This document shows, in pieces, positions 29,987 through 37,124 of a stretch of 64,000 nucleotides of DNA. The position numbers were made by a program, and so were the translations under genes. Every line of letters starts with the position of its first letter. The stretch's first letter is position 1. The notes beneath the pieces were generated by a model. That model was not told the DNA's origin, did no database searches, and worked only from the letters and a program-made list of their open reading frames with translations. The DNA is from Clostridia bacterium (lineage in GTDB: Bacteria > Bacillota > Clostridia > Lutisporales > Lutisporaceae): positions 213-64,212 of the forward strand of contig JAGOLK010000004.1 in NCBI GenBank assembly GCA_017994115.1, in the 5' to 3' direction.

Positions 29987-31000
29987 TTAATTAGTCTTTT
30001 TCAGCGAGTCTGCCATTAATGTTATATCTTTCATCATTGCCCTGAACCTTTCCGGCTTAATGGATTGCTGCCCGTCACACTTGGCATTTGCAGGATCACT
30101 GTGCACTTCTACCATAATTCCGTCAGCCCCCGCAACAACCGCTGCTTTTGCAAGAGGTTCAACCATCCACCACAAACCTGTCGCATGGCTTGGATCAACT
30201 ATTACAGGCAAATGGCTGAGTTTCTTGATTGCCAGAATGGCACTAATGTCCAAAGTATTTCTTGTATAGGTCTCAAAGGTCCTTATGCCTCTTTCACAAA
30301 GTATTACATTGCTGTTCCCCTCAGACATGATATATTCTGCTGACATTAGCAGCTCTTCTATTGTTGCAGACAGTCCGCGCTTCAAAAGTATGGGCTTTGC
30401 TGTCTTTCCAAGCTCCTTAAGAAGCTCAAAGTTCTGCATGTTTCTTGCGCCAACCTGTATTACGTCCACATCTTCTACGAATCTCTCTATCATATCTACT
30501 GACATTATTTCCGTGACAATCGGAAGGCCGGTCTCCTTCTTTGCAAGTTTCAAAAGCTCAAGTCCCTCTAGCTTCATACCCTGGAAGCTGTACGGTGATG
30601 TCCTGGGCTTGAATGCGCCTCCTCTTAAGAAGCCCGCCCCGCACTCCTTCACGTCCTTCGCCAATTCCAATATCTGCTCTTCGCTTTCCACCGAGCAAGG
30701 TCCTGCTATTACAGCCAGCTCTTGTCCGCCTATGGTCTTGTCGCCTACCTGTATCACCGAGTTGTCCTTATGAAACATTCTGTTTGAAAGCTTGTATCTC
30801 TGTTGAATCTTCATGACCGCTTCCACGCTTTCATTTGCTTCGATTTCACTTATGTCTATACCGGTAGTATCTCCGATAATTCCAAGTACACAATAATCCC
30901 TGCCCTTTATTACACTTACCTTGAGATCTCCCGTTTCTATCCTTTCTCTAAGTTTTTCGATTTCTTCATCTGAGGCATTTTCTCTCATTACTATCACCAT
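29987..31000 (-). CDS. aroF: 3-deoxy-7-phosphoheptulonate (DAHP) synthase, type I-beta, with an N-terminal ferredoxin-like regulatory domain
   Basis: GPCSVES, KPRTSPYSFQG, DPSHATG. An N-terminal extension of about 70 aa resembles the Thermotoga-type regulatory domain. Confidence 0.9.
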   Translation of the reverse strand: MVIVMRENASDEEIEKLRERIETGDLKVSVIKGRDYCVLGIIGDTTGIDISEIEANESVEAVMKIQQRYKLSNRMFHKDNSVIQVGDKTIGGQELAVIAGPCSVESEEQILELAKDVKECGAGFLRGGAFKPRTSPYSFQGMKLEGLELLKLAKKETGLPIVTEIMSVDMIERFVEDVDVIQVGARNMQNFELLKELGKTAKPILLKRGLSATIEELLMSAEYIMSEGNSNVILCERGIRTFETYTRNTLDISAILAIKKLSHLPVIVDPSHATGLWWMVEPLAKAAVVAGADGIMVEVHSDPANAKCDGQQSIKPERFRAMMKDITLMADSLKKTN

Positions 31001-31020
31001 ATTTACCCTCCTTTATTTTT

Positions 31021-31052
31021 ATAAAAAAATAAGGCTCTAATGAGCCTTATTT
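31021..31052 (-). terminator. Intrinsic terminator / attenuator immediately upstream of the aroF RBS
   Basis: On the minus strand, AAAUAAGGCUC AUUA GAGCCUUAUUU is followed by a U-run. The aroF RBS (AAAGGAGGG) follows within about 15 nt, leaving no room for a separate promoter. Confidence 0.65.
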
Positions 31053-31086
31053 GAATCGATGCTATTTCATATGAATAAAGGTTTAC

Positions 31087-31233
31087 TTACAATAATTGTT
31101 TAAATTCTTCCAACTCATTAGGAAAAGGAATATATTCTTTTTTGCATGCATAATAACCGGCGCTAAAGTAATAGCCCAGGTTATAGCTAAAGTAATATAT
31201 TCCGCTTATTCCCTTCCCTAATAAATTGTTCAT
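31087..31233 (-). CDS. Candidate Tyr/Phe-rich leader peptide of the aro operon (48 aa; alternative in-frame starts at 31248 and 31254)
   Basis: My own translation is MNNLLGKGISGIYYFSYNLGYYFSAGYYACKKEYIPFPNELEEFKQLL. It has 8 Tyr and 4 Phe. A GGAG lies 9 nt upstream of this ATG. The ORF sits between a consensus promoter and the terminator. Confidence 0.4.
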   Translation of the reverse strand: MNNLLGKGISGIYYFSYNLGYYFSAGYYACKKEYIPFPNELEEFKQLL

Positions 31234-31282
31234 TGCATAAATCTCCATACTCATATGATTTGAACCAAATGTATTTCTGTTG

Positions 31283-31310
31283 ATTATAACATATGCGCCA
31301 AATATGTCAA
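31283..31310 (-). promoter_or_regulatory. Near-consensus sigma-A promoter of the aro operon leader
   Basis: On the minus strand: TTGACA, a 16 nt spacer, then TGT TATAAT (extended -10). Confidence 0.65.
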
Positions 31311-31363
31311 CTGTTATTTTCTTATTCAGAGTTTACATAAATACGATTTCCGCAAAACATAAT

Positions 31364-31447
31364 CTATTGAAATAATGGAGCAATAATTGTCAGCAGAAAG
31401 GCTATGATAACTAATATACTGATTACCGCAACCACTTTCCTTTTCAC
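31364..31447 (-). CDS. Possible 27 aa hydrophobic micropeptide
   Basis: GTG start after GGGGGTGG. Translation is (M)KRKVVAVISILVIIAFLLTIIAPLFQ. There is no other support. Confidence 0.2.
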   Translation of the reverse strand: MKRKVVAVISILVIIAFLLTIIAPLFQ

Positions 31448-31489
31448 AAAACCACCCCCGCAATTCATAAACTCCGTTCCGCCATTATG

Positions 31490-31514
31490 TTCAAAAGGCA
31501 GACTTATGTCTGCC
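31490..31514 (-). terminator. Terminator after the obg-distal small ORF
   Basis: On the minus strand, GGCAGAC AUAA GUCUGCC is followed by UUUUGAAC. Confidence 0.55.
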
Positions 31515-31521
31515 GTTATCT

Positions 31522-31707
31522 TTATACTTCTATTTCTTTTCTGAGCTTGCGCCGATGAGTTTCGTATCCAGGATCACCCTTTTTCCATCCCTTTCTGCTC
31601 TTTTCGATATTGGCAACAAAACTCTCGTTAATAATGATTTCGTTTTTTGCCAGGCAGAAATATGTGGCGGTGTTCTGTTTACAATTTTCGCAATGCATGC
31701 AGTTCAT
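31522..31707 (-). CDS. Small Cys-rich hypothetical protein (61 aa)
   Basis: An ORF directly downstream of obg. The N-terminus CMHCENC...C suggests a metal-binding knuckle. I do not recognise the family. Confidence 0.45.
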   Translation of the reverse strand: MNCMHCENCKQNTATYFCLAKNEIIINESFVANIEKSRKGWKKGDPGYETHRRKLRKEIEV

Positions 31708-31731
31708 ATTCTACAATTGACCTCCAGTTCT

Positions 31732-33006
31732 TCATTCAAAATACTCAAATTCCAAATCCAGCATCCTAATTGTATCACCGTCTTTAACACCTAACTGTCT
31801 CAGCTCATCAACGATACCCCTCTTTCTAAGTACCTTTTGAAAGTACTTGATAGAGTCATTATCATCCAGGTTAACTGATGCAAGCAATTGTTCAATCAGC
31901 TTCCCTTCCACGATAAATACTCCATTTTCCTTTCTGGCAGTAAATGGCTTATCCTCTGTATTAATATGATACATCAAATCTGCGATTTCTTCAACCGGTT
32001 CTTCATCTTTTGTACTTTCAAGCAAGTTAAAAACTCTATCCATAAGCGGTGCAATACCATCCCTGGTTGCCGCCGAAATTGCAAACACCTCATATCCCCT
32101 CCTGCCCAGTTCTTCTGCTACCCTGGCATAATTCTCCCTCGCGGCAGGAATATCCATCTTGTTGCAGGCAACAACCTGCGGCTTGTTCGCAAGCTTCTCG
32201 CTGTACAGCCTCAATTCCTCGTTAATTTTATCAAAATCCTCCAAAGGATCTCTTCCCTCAAGTCCCGAAGCGTCCAGCAGATGTATCAGCACTTTTGTCC
32301 TTTCTACATGCCTCAAAAAATCATGTCCCAATCCCACTCCGCTGTGGGCTCCTTCGATAAGTCCGGGAATATCGGCAATCACAAAGCTTCTGGCTTCTCC
32401 CAGATCCACTACCCCCAAATTAGGTACAAGAGTTGTAAAATGATAATTCGCAATTTTGGGTTTTGCAGAAGTCACTATAGAAAGAAATGTTGATTTTCCT
32501 ACATTCGGAAATCCTATAAGCCCAACATCGGCCAAAAGCTTCAGCTCCAGCTCAATCCATCTTTCCATTCCCGGCTCCCCCGGCTGGGCAAACCTGGGCG
32601 CTTGCCTTGTGGGAGTGGCAAAATGCTGATTCCCTTTTCCGCCCCTACCTCCAAAAGCAACAATCACCTTGTCCCCGGGATTCTTCAAATCTCCAAGGAG
32701 GGTTCCGGATTCGGCATCCCTGAGAATGGTGCCTGCAGGTACCTTTATGTACAGATCATCAGCACTTTTGCCGGATGAATTATTGGTTCCTCCCATTTCT
32801 CCGTTTTCGGCAATATGCTTTCTCTTATATCTGAAATCCATCAGGGTTCTCAAGTTTTCGTCTACTATGAAGACTATATCTCCCCCTTTTCCTCCGTCCC
32901 CTCCGTCCGGTCCGCCATTTGGCACATACTTCTCCCTGCGGAAGGATACCCTGCCGTCTCCTCCGTTTCCCGCTTTCACATATACTTTTGCCTTGTCTAC
33001 AAACAT
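31732..33006 (-). CDS. obg: GTPase Obg/CgtA
   Basis: A Gly-rich Obg fold (GGDGGKGGD), G1 motif GFPNVGKST, DIPGLIEGA, NKMD, and a C-terminal OCT domain. Confidence 0.95.
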   Translation of the reverse strand: MFVDKAKVYVKAGNGGDGRVSFRREKYVPNGGPDGGDGGKGGDIVFIVDENLRTLMDFRYKRKHIAENGEMGGTNNSSGKSADDLYIKVPAGTILRDAESGTLLGDLKNPGDKVIVAFGGRGGKGNQHFATPTRQAPRFAQPGEPGMERWIELELKLLADVGLIGFPNVGKSTFLSIVTSAKPKIANYHFTTLVPNLGVVDLGEARSFVIADIPGLIEGAHSGVGLGHDFLRHVERTKVLIHLLDASGLEGRDPLEDFDKINEELRLYSEKLANKPQVVACNKMDIPAARENYARVAEELGRRGYEVFAISAATRDGIAPLMDRVFNLLESTKDEEPVEEIADLMYHINTEDKPFTARKENGVFIVEGKLIEQLLASVNLDDNDSIKYFQKVLRKRGIVDELRQLGVKDGDTIRMLDLEFEYFE

Positions 33007-33007
33007 A

Positions 33008-33694
33008 TTATTCTCCTTTGTTGACCTTGGAAATATTCATAATGAAGGTTGTTCCATCCCCAAGCATTTTTCCGTCAAGCTTAACGTCGCTGCAGTACTC
33101 CATTATCTTATCAAATCCCAAAACACCTCTTGATGCTTTCTTCCAATAAATCACCTTCTCGGGAAAGATAAAATCAACAGGCCCGGACAGCCCTTCCCTT
33201 ATCTCCTTGCAGTAAATTTCCGTCAGAAATCCTTCCGAACTTTCTTTCAGGTTATATATAATATGGGCATTTTTCATACCCTTTTCATCAAGAACATATA
33301 AAAAGCCCATTATCACATGGTCTACAACATATACAACAGGAACCTCGTCAAGGATCCTTACAGCAGGATCAAAGCTTACCTCAACGCTGACCTCAAGCTT
33401 AAGATCGGCGCTCTCCGCTTCTTTTACCTTATTGTAAAGTAAATCGGCCAGTTTTATACATTTACAGTTATAAAGCCTGCCTATGTTCTCCATCCGCCTG
33501 CAGTATTCAGAAATGTGTTCCAACACCTTGTCCGGCTTCTTCAGCTGAGTATAGCCGTACAATACTTGAAGCAGATTGAAAAAGTCGTGGCGCTGTTCGC
33601 TTAAATGCTCTTTAAGACTCTCTATATAACGCTCCTTCTCCGACTCAATGTCAGGAACATCATCTATTCCGCTATTCTTTATGCTCATATTCAT
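33008..33694 (-). CDS. Spo0B-like phosphotransferase domain protein
   Basis: QRHDFFNLLQVLYGYTQL resembles the B. subtilis Spo0B His30 region (RHDWMNKLQLIKG). The gene sits between rpmA and obg, exactly as spo0B does. Confidence 0.55.
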   Translation of the reverse strand: MNMSIKNSGIDDVPDIESEKERYIESLKEHLSEQRHDFFNLLQVLYGYTQLKKPDKVLEHISEYCRRMENIGRLYNCKCIKLADLLYNKVKEAESADLKLEVSVEVSFDPAVRILDEVPVVYVVDHVIMGFLYVLDEKGMKNAHIIYNLKESSEGFLTEIYCKEIREGLSGPVDFIFPEKVIYWKKASRGVLGFDKIMEYCSDVKLDGKMLGDGTTFIMNISKVNKGE

Positions 33695-33763
33695 CTCATC
33701 TCCTATACTGCAAAAATGTTAAAAAAGGTACAGCCTGGCCGTACCTTCAGTAATTTTATGCTA

Positions 33764-34045
33764 TTATTGCACCGGATACACACTTGCCTGCTTCTTGTCT
33801 CTGCCTTTACGTTCAAATTTAACAACACCCTCAATAAGCGCAAATAATGTGTCATCCTTACCAATCCCCACATTTATGCCAGGATGGATTTTTGTCCCTC
33901 TCTGCCTTACTATTATATTTCCGGCAAGCACAGACTGTCCGTCCGCCTTTTTTGTTCCCAGTCTCTGTGCATGGGAGTCTCTGCCGTTTCTTGAGCTGCC
34001 CACACCTTTTTTATGTGCAAACAACTGAAGGTTCATCTTGAACAT
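33764..34045 (-). CDS. rpmA: 50S ribosomal protein L27 (with an N-terminal propeptide)
   Basis: In [24 protein letters not shown], the LQLFA/HKKG junction is the Prp cleavage context. Confidence 0.95.
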   Translation of the reverse strand: MFKMNLQLFAHKKGVGSSRNGRDSHAQRLGTKKADGQSVLAGNIIVRQRGTKIHPGINVGIGKDDTLFALIEGVVKFERKGRDKKQASVYPVQ

Positions 34046-34047
34046 AT

Positions 34048-34389
34048 CTACACCTCCTCTTCAACTATATCAATGTGTCTCTTATAACTATCCTTAATAC
34101 TCTTAAATCCTTCATACATGGTCTCAAGTATCGCATCACACATTATACGCTTTCTGTCCGATCCGGCATCGGTAATACTGCAATCAAGGTATCCCTCCTC
34201 AATCTTGTAGTGCACCTCCGCCTCGGCAACCTTCAGCAGCCCCAGGAGAGCCGTTTGGCCAAGGGCAGAAACCGCACTGCAGACTATATCGGTGCCATGA
34301 GTACCGTAGCCTGAATGCCCTGATATCTTGAAACCCTTTATTTTACCCTCTCGGGCCTTGTAGATCACAATCTTAATCAAAAAAGACAA
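34048..34389 (-). CDS. prp: Ribosomal-processing cysteine protease Prp (YsxB family)
   Basis: A 113 aa protein between rplU and rpmA, with GHSGYG ... [10 protein letters not shown] motifs. Confidence 0.85.
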   Translation of the reverse strand: MSFLIKIVIYKAREGKIKGFKISGHSGYGTHGTDIVCSAVSALGQTALLGLLKVAEAEVHYKIEEGYLDCSITDAGSDRKRIMCDAILETMYEGFKSIKDSYKRHIDIVEEEV

Positions 34390-34409
34390 CTCCGTTGCTT
34401 TTTTCGCTT

Positions 34410-34721
34410 TTATGCGTTTATTTTTTCGATTTTAACCTTTGTAAATGGCTGTCTGTGACCCTGCTTCCTCCTATAATCCTTCTTCGGCTTATATTTGAAT
34501 ACAATTACCTTCTTTGCTTTGCCATTCCCAACAACTGTTCCTTCGACCTTTGCACCTGCAACTACAGGATTCCCGACCTGAAGCTCACCGTTATCTCCTA
34601 CAGCAAGTACTTCCTCAAATACAACCTTTTCACCGGATTCCACATCAAGCTTTTCTACCGTAAGTACATCACCGGCTTTAACCATATATTGCTTACCGCC
34701 GGTCTTTATTATTGCATACAC
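34410..34721 (-). CDS. rplU: 50S ribosomal protein L21
   Basis: A GTG start 9 nt after GAGGAGG gives (M)[11 protein letters not shown]. The ORF track extends it 37 codons upstream. Confidence 0.93.
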   Translation of the reverse strand: MYAIIKTGGKQYMVKAGDVLTVEKLDVESGEKVVFEEVLAVGDNGELQVGNPVVAGAKVEGTVVGNGKAKKVIVFKYKPKKDYRRKQGHRQPFTKVKIEKINA

Positions 34722-34815
34722 TAGGCTACACCTCCTCATAAATAAGTCTCGCCGAATTCCAGGCATCCTCATTGCATCAGAGAATTTAAACCCGATTCGT
34801 GCGGATACGCCTACG
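34722..34815 (-). promoter_or_regulatory. Structured 5' leader of rplU-prp-rpmA (possible L21-leader-type element)
   Basis: A leader of about 95 nt lies between the promoter and the rplU start and contains GC-rich pairing segments (GGCGUAGGCGUAUCCGCAC). Firmicute rplU operons commonly carry an autoregulatory leader. I could not confirm the family. Confidence 0.35.
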
Positions 34816-34822
34816 CCAGTAT

Positions 34823-34851
34823 ATGATATCACACAGCAAATTTTTTGTCAA
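34823..34851 (-). promoter_or_regulatory. Sigma-A promoter of the rplU operon
   Basis: On the minus strand: TTGACA, a 17 nt spacer, then TGA TATCAT. It overlaps the end of the rng gene. Confidence 0.55.
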
Positions 34852-36375
34852 TTAAATTTCCCTGCAGCCTTTTTTGCGAAGCTCCGTAATTTCCGACATG
34901 CCTATTCCTTTCACAATATAGCCTTCCCTGTGAAGCTCTGCCGAAGTCCTGACAAATACAGGTTTATTAAAACTCTTACCCAACTCAAACATGTCCTCGT
35001 CTATATAATAGTTTATCAATTCTTCCACATCCGGATGAATCTCAAGAAAAGCTGCCATGGCACCGGTACTAAAAAACAAGCTGTTTACTTCCTTCTCAAT
35101 TTTCTTGACAATTGTCTCACTGGACAAAATCCTTCCCTCTCCTTTGCAGTAAGGGCATGGTGCCATCAGTATCTTTTCTATGCGCTGCCTCACCTTTTTT
35201 CGGGTCATTTCAACCAGGCCCAGCTGAGTTATTCCAAGTACGTTGGTTCTTGTCCTGTCTTTTTTCAATGCGTTTTTTAGAGCCTCAAGAACCGTACTTT
35301 CGTGGATTTCATCCGCCATGTCAATGAAATCAATTATTATGATGCCTCCTATATCTCTTAAGCGCAGCTGCTTTGCTATCTCTTTTGCTGCCTCAATATT
35401 TGTCTTCAGCACTGTATCCTTCAAGTCCACCGTACCGACATACTTTCCTGTATTCACATCTATTGATGTAAGTGCTTCAGTCTGGTCTATGACTATGTAT
35501 CCTCCGCATTTAAGCCAGACCTTGCGATTGATTATCCTGCTTATCTGAGGCTCTGCCTGATAATATTCAAATATATCATAGTTTTTATTGTAATATTCAA
35601 CTTTGTTTTTAAAATGTGATGAAATAATTGTTACAAGTTCCCGAACCTTCTCATAGTGTTCCTTATTGTTGATTACAAGCCTGTCAATATCTTTGGTGAA
35701 CATGTCTCTGACAGTCCTGTATATTATGCTCATATCCTTATGTACAATTCTTGGGGCGGCACCGGTTTTTTGCTTTTGTTTTATATTATCCCAAAGCTTC
35801 AATAAAAAATTTATATCATTGCTTAAATCCGCTTCGGTGCAATCCTCTGCAGCAGTTCTGATTATCAGTCCCATTCCCTTGGGTTTCAGCTCTTCTGCCA
35901 GCTTTTTCAGCTTTTCCCTGATTTCTTCATCCTCTATGCGCCTTGATATTCCTATGTATTCAACAGTGGGCATCAATACAGCGTATCTCCCAGGCAGAGT
36001 AATATGTGTTGTTACTCTGGCTCCTTTTGAATCTATAGGCTCCTTCATAACCTGAACCATTATTTCCTGTCCGGCTTTAAGAAGCTCATCTATTTGATAA
36101 TCCTTATATTGTGCAGAACTGACATACTCCTCATCCTCATCAAAATAAGTATTTGGAAGCGCATCCTTTACATATAAAAATGCATTCTTATCCAAACCAA
36201 TATTGATAAAGGCGGCCTGCATTCCGGGAAGCACATTTTCCACCCTTCCCTTGTATATATTTCCGGTAATCCTTTCATCGCTCTGCCTTTCAATATATAT
36301 CTCCGTCAGTTCCTTGTTTTCCAGCAAAGCAACACGGGTTTGCCTGGAACCGACATCAATAATAATCTCTTTCAT
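34852..36375 (-). CDS. rng: Rne/Rng family ribonuclease (RNase G-like)
   Basis: An S1 domain (GNIYKGRVENVLPGMQAAFINIG), a DNase I-like core and a Zn-link CPxC (CPYCKGEG). Confidence 0.85.
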   Translation of the reverse strand: MKEIIIDVGSRQTRVALLENKELTEIYIERQSDERITGNIYKGRVENVLPGMQAAFINIGLDKNAFLYVKDALPNTYFDEDEEYVSSAQYKDYQIDELLKAGQEIMVQVMKEPIDSKGARVTTHITLPGRYAVLMPTVEYIGISRRIEDEEIREKLKKLAEELKPKGMGLIIRTAAEDCTEADLSNDINFLLKLWDNIKQKQKTGAAPRIVHKDMSIIYRTVRDMFTKDIDRLVINNKEHYEKVRELVTIISSHFKNKVEYYNKNYDIFEYYQAEPQISRIINRKVWLKCGGYIVIDQTEALTSIDVNTGKYVGTVDLKDTVLKTNIEAAKEIAKQLRLRDIGGIIIIDFIDMADEIHESTVLEALKNALKKDRTRTNVLGITQLGLVEMTRKKVRQRIEKILMAPCPYCKGEGRILSSETIVKKIEKEVNSLFFSTGAMAAFLEIHPDVEELINYYIDEDMFELGKSFNKPVFVRTSAELHREGYIVKGIGMSEITELRKKGCREI

Positions 36376-36410
36376 AAATCGCGCTCCTTCATCCTTCGAT
36401 TCATGGTTTT

Positions 36411-37124
36411 TTATGCTTGTGTGTTTTCATATTCAAGCAAATCCAAAAGCTTGCCGTTTTTCAACCCATATACTTGTTCCCTGTTTATCCTGATGCTTTG
36501 AATATCATATCCCGTAAATTCCTTAAAGGCCTTAATTAATAATTCGGGTTTAAGGTTCCCCCTGCTTCCGCTGAGAAGAAGACAGTCAATTGTGTACATA
36601 TCTTCTTTCGACTCAATCAGATTCATACTAACTAACAGGGGTTTTATATCAATCTCTTTGAGTTCAAAGCCCTTCTTGGGCTGTTCCTTCATTATCTTTA
36701 TTTCCTTTTGTGCTGCAAATTCTTCAATTTTCTTTGTCAGCTCATCAGAAGATACGTTTTCTATAAAAATTCTGATGAGATATCTTGAATGAGAGACAAC
36801 CGACATGGCACTCTTGTAGTTTTCCCTCATCTCAATACCGTCCAATATCCTTATTCCATCCGGCAGCGAGCCATTCAGGCGCCTCTGTATCTCCCTGACA
36901 TCCATTGGCTCCGCAAGCTTTAAATCCACATATTCGGCATTGCTGGTGACACCCAGGGATAATGGGGCCCCAAAGGAAATCTCCATGTGAGGATTGAAAC
37001 CGCTGCTGTAGGATATGGGTATGCCTGTTCTTCTCAATGCCCTTTGAAATACTCTCATCAAATCCAGGTGGGATATATATTTCACTTCACTGCCCTTGGT
37101 GAATTTCAGTCTTATGTACATCAT
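36411..37124 (-). CDS. Radical SAM-associated protein (DUF2344 / TIGR03936-like)
   Basis: A 237 aa protein beginning KFTKGSEVKYISHLDLMRVFQRALRR. It overlaps the upstream radical SAM gene by 4 nt. Confidence 0.7.
   Translation of the reverse strand: MMYIRLKFTKGSEVKYISHLDLMRVFQRALRRTGIPISYSSGFNPHMEISFGAPLSLGVTSNAEYVDLKLAEPMDVREIQRRLNGSLPDGIRILDGIEMRENYKSAMSVVSHSRYLIRIFIENVSSDELTKKIEEFAAQKEIKIMKEQPKKGFELKEIDIKPLLVSMNLIESKEDMYTIDCLLLSGSRGNLKPELLIKAFKEFTGYDIQSIRINREQVYGLKNGKLLDLLEYENTQA

Noticed and set aside
31053-31282. T-box riboswitch in the aro operon leader
   Set aside because: The conserved T-box sequence (GGGTGGTACCGCG-like) is absent upstream of the terminator. The AGAGA/GA-motif and specifier-loop architecture is also absent. 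A short aromatic-rich ORF explains the region better.
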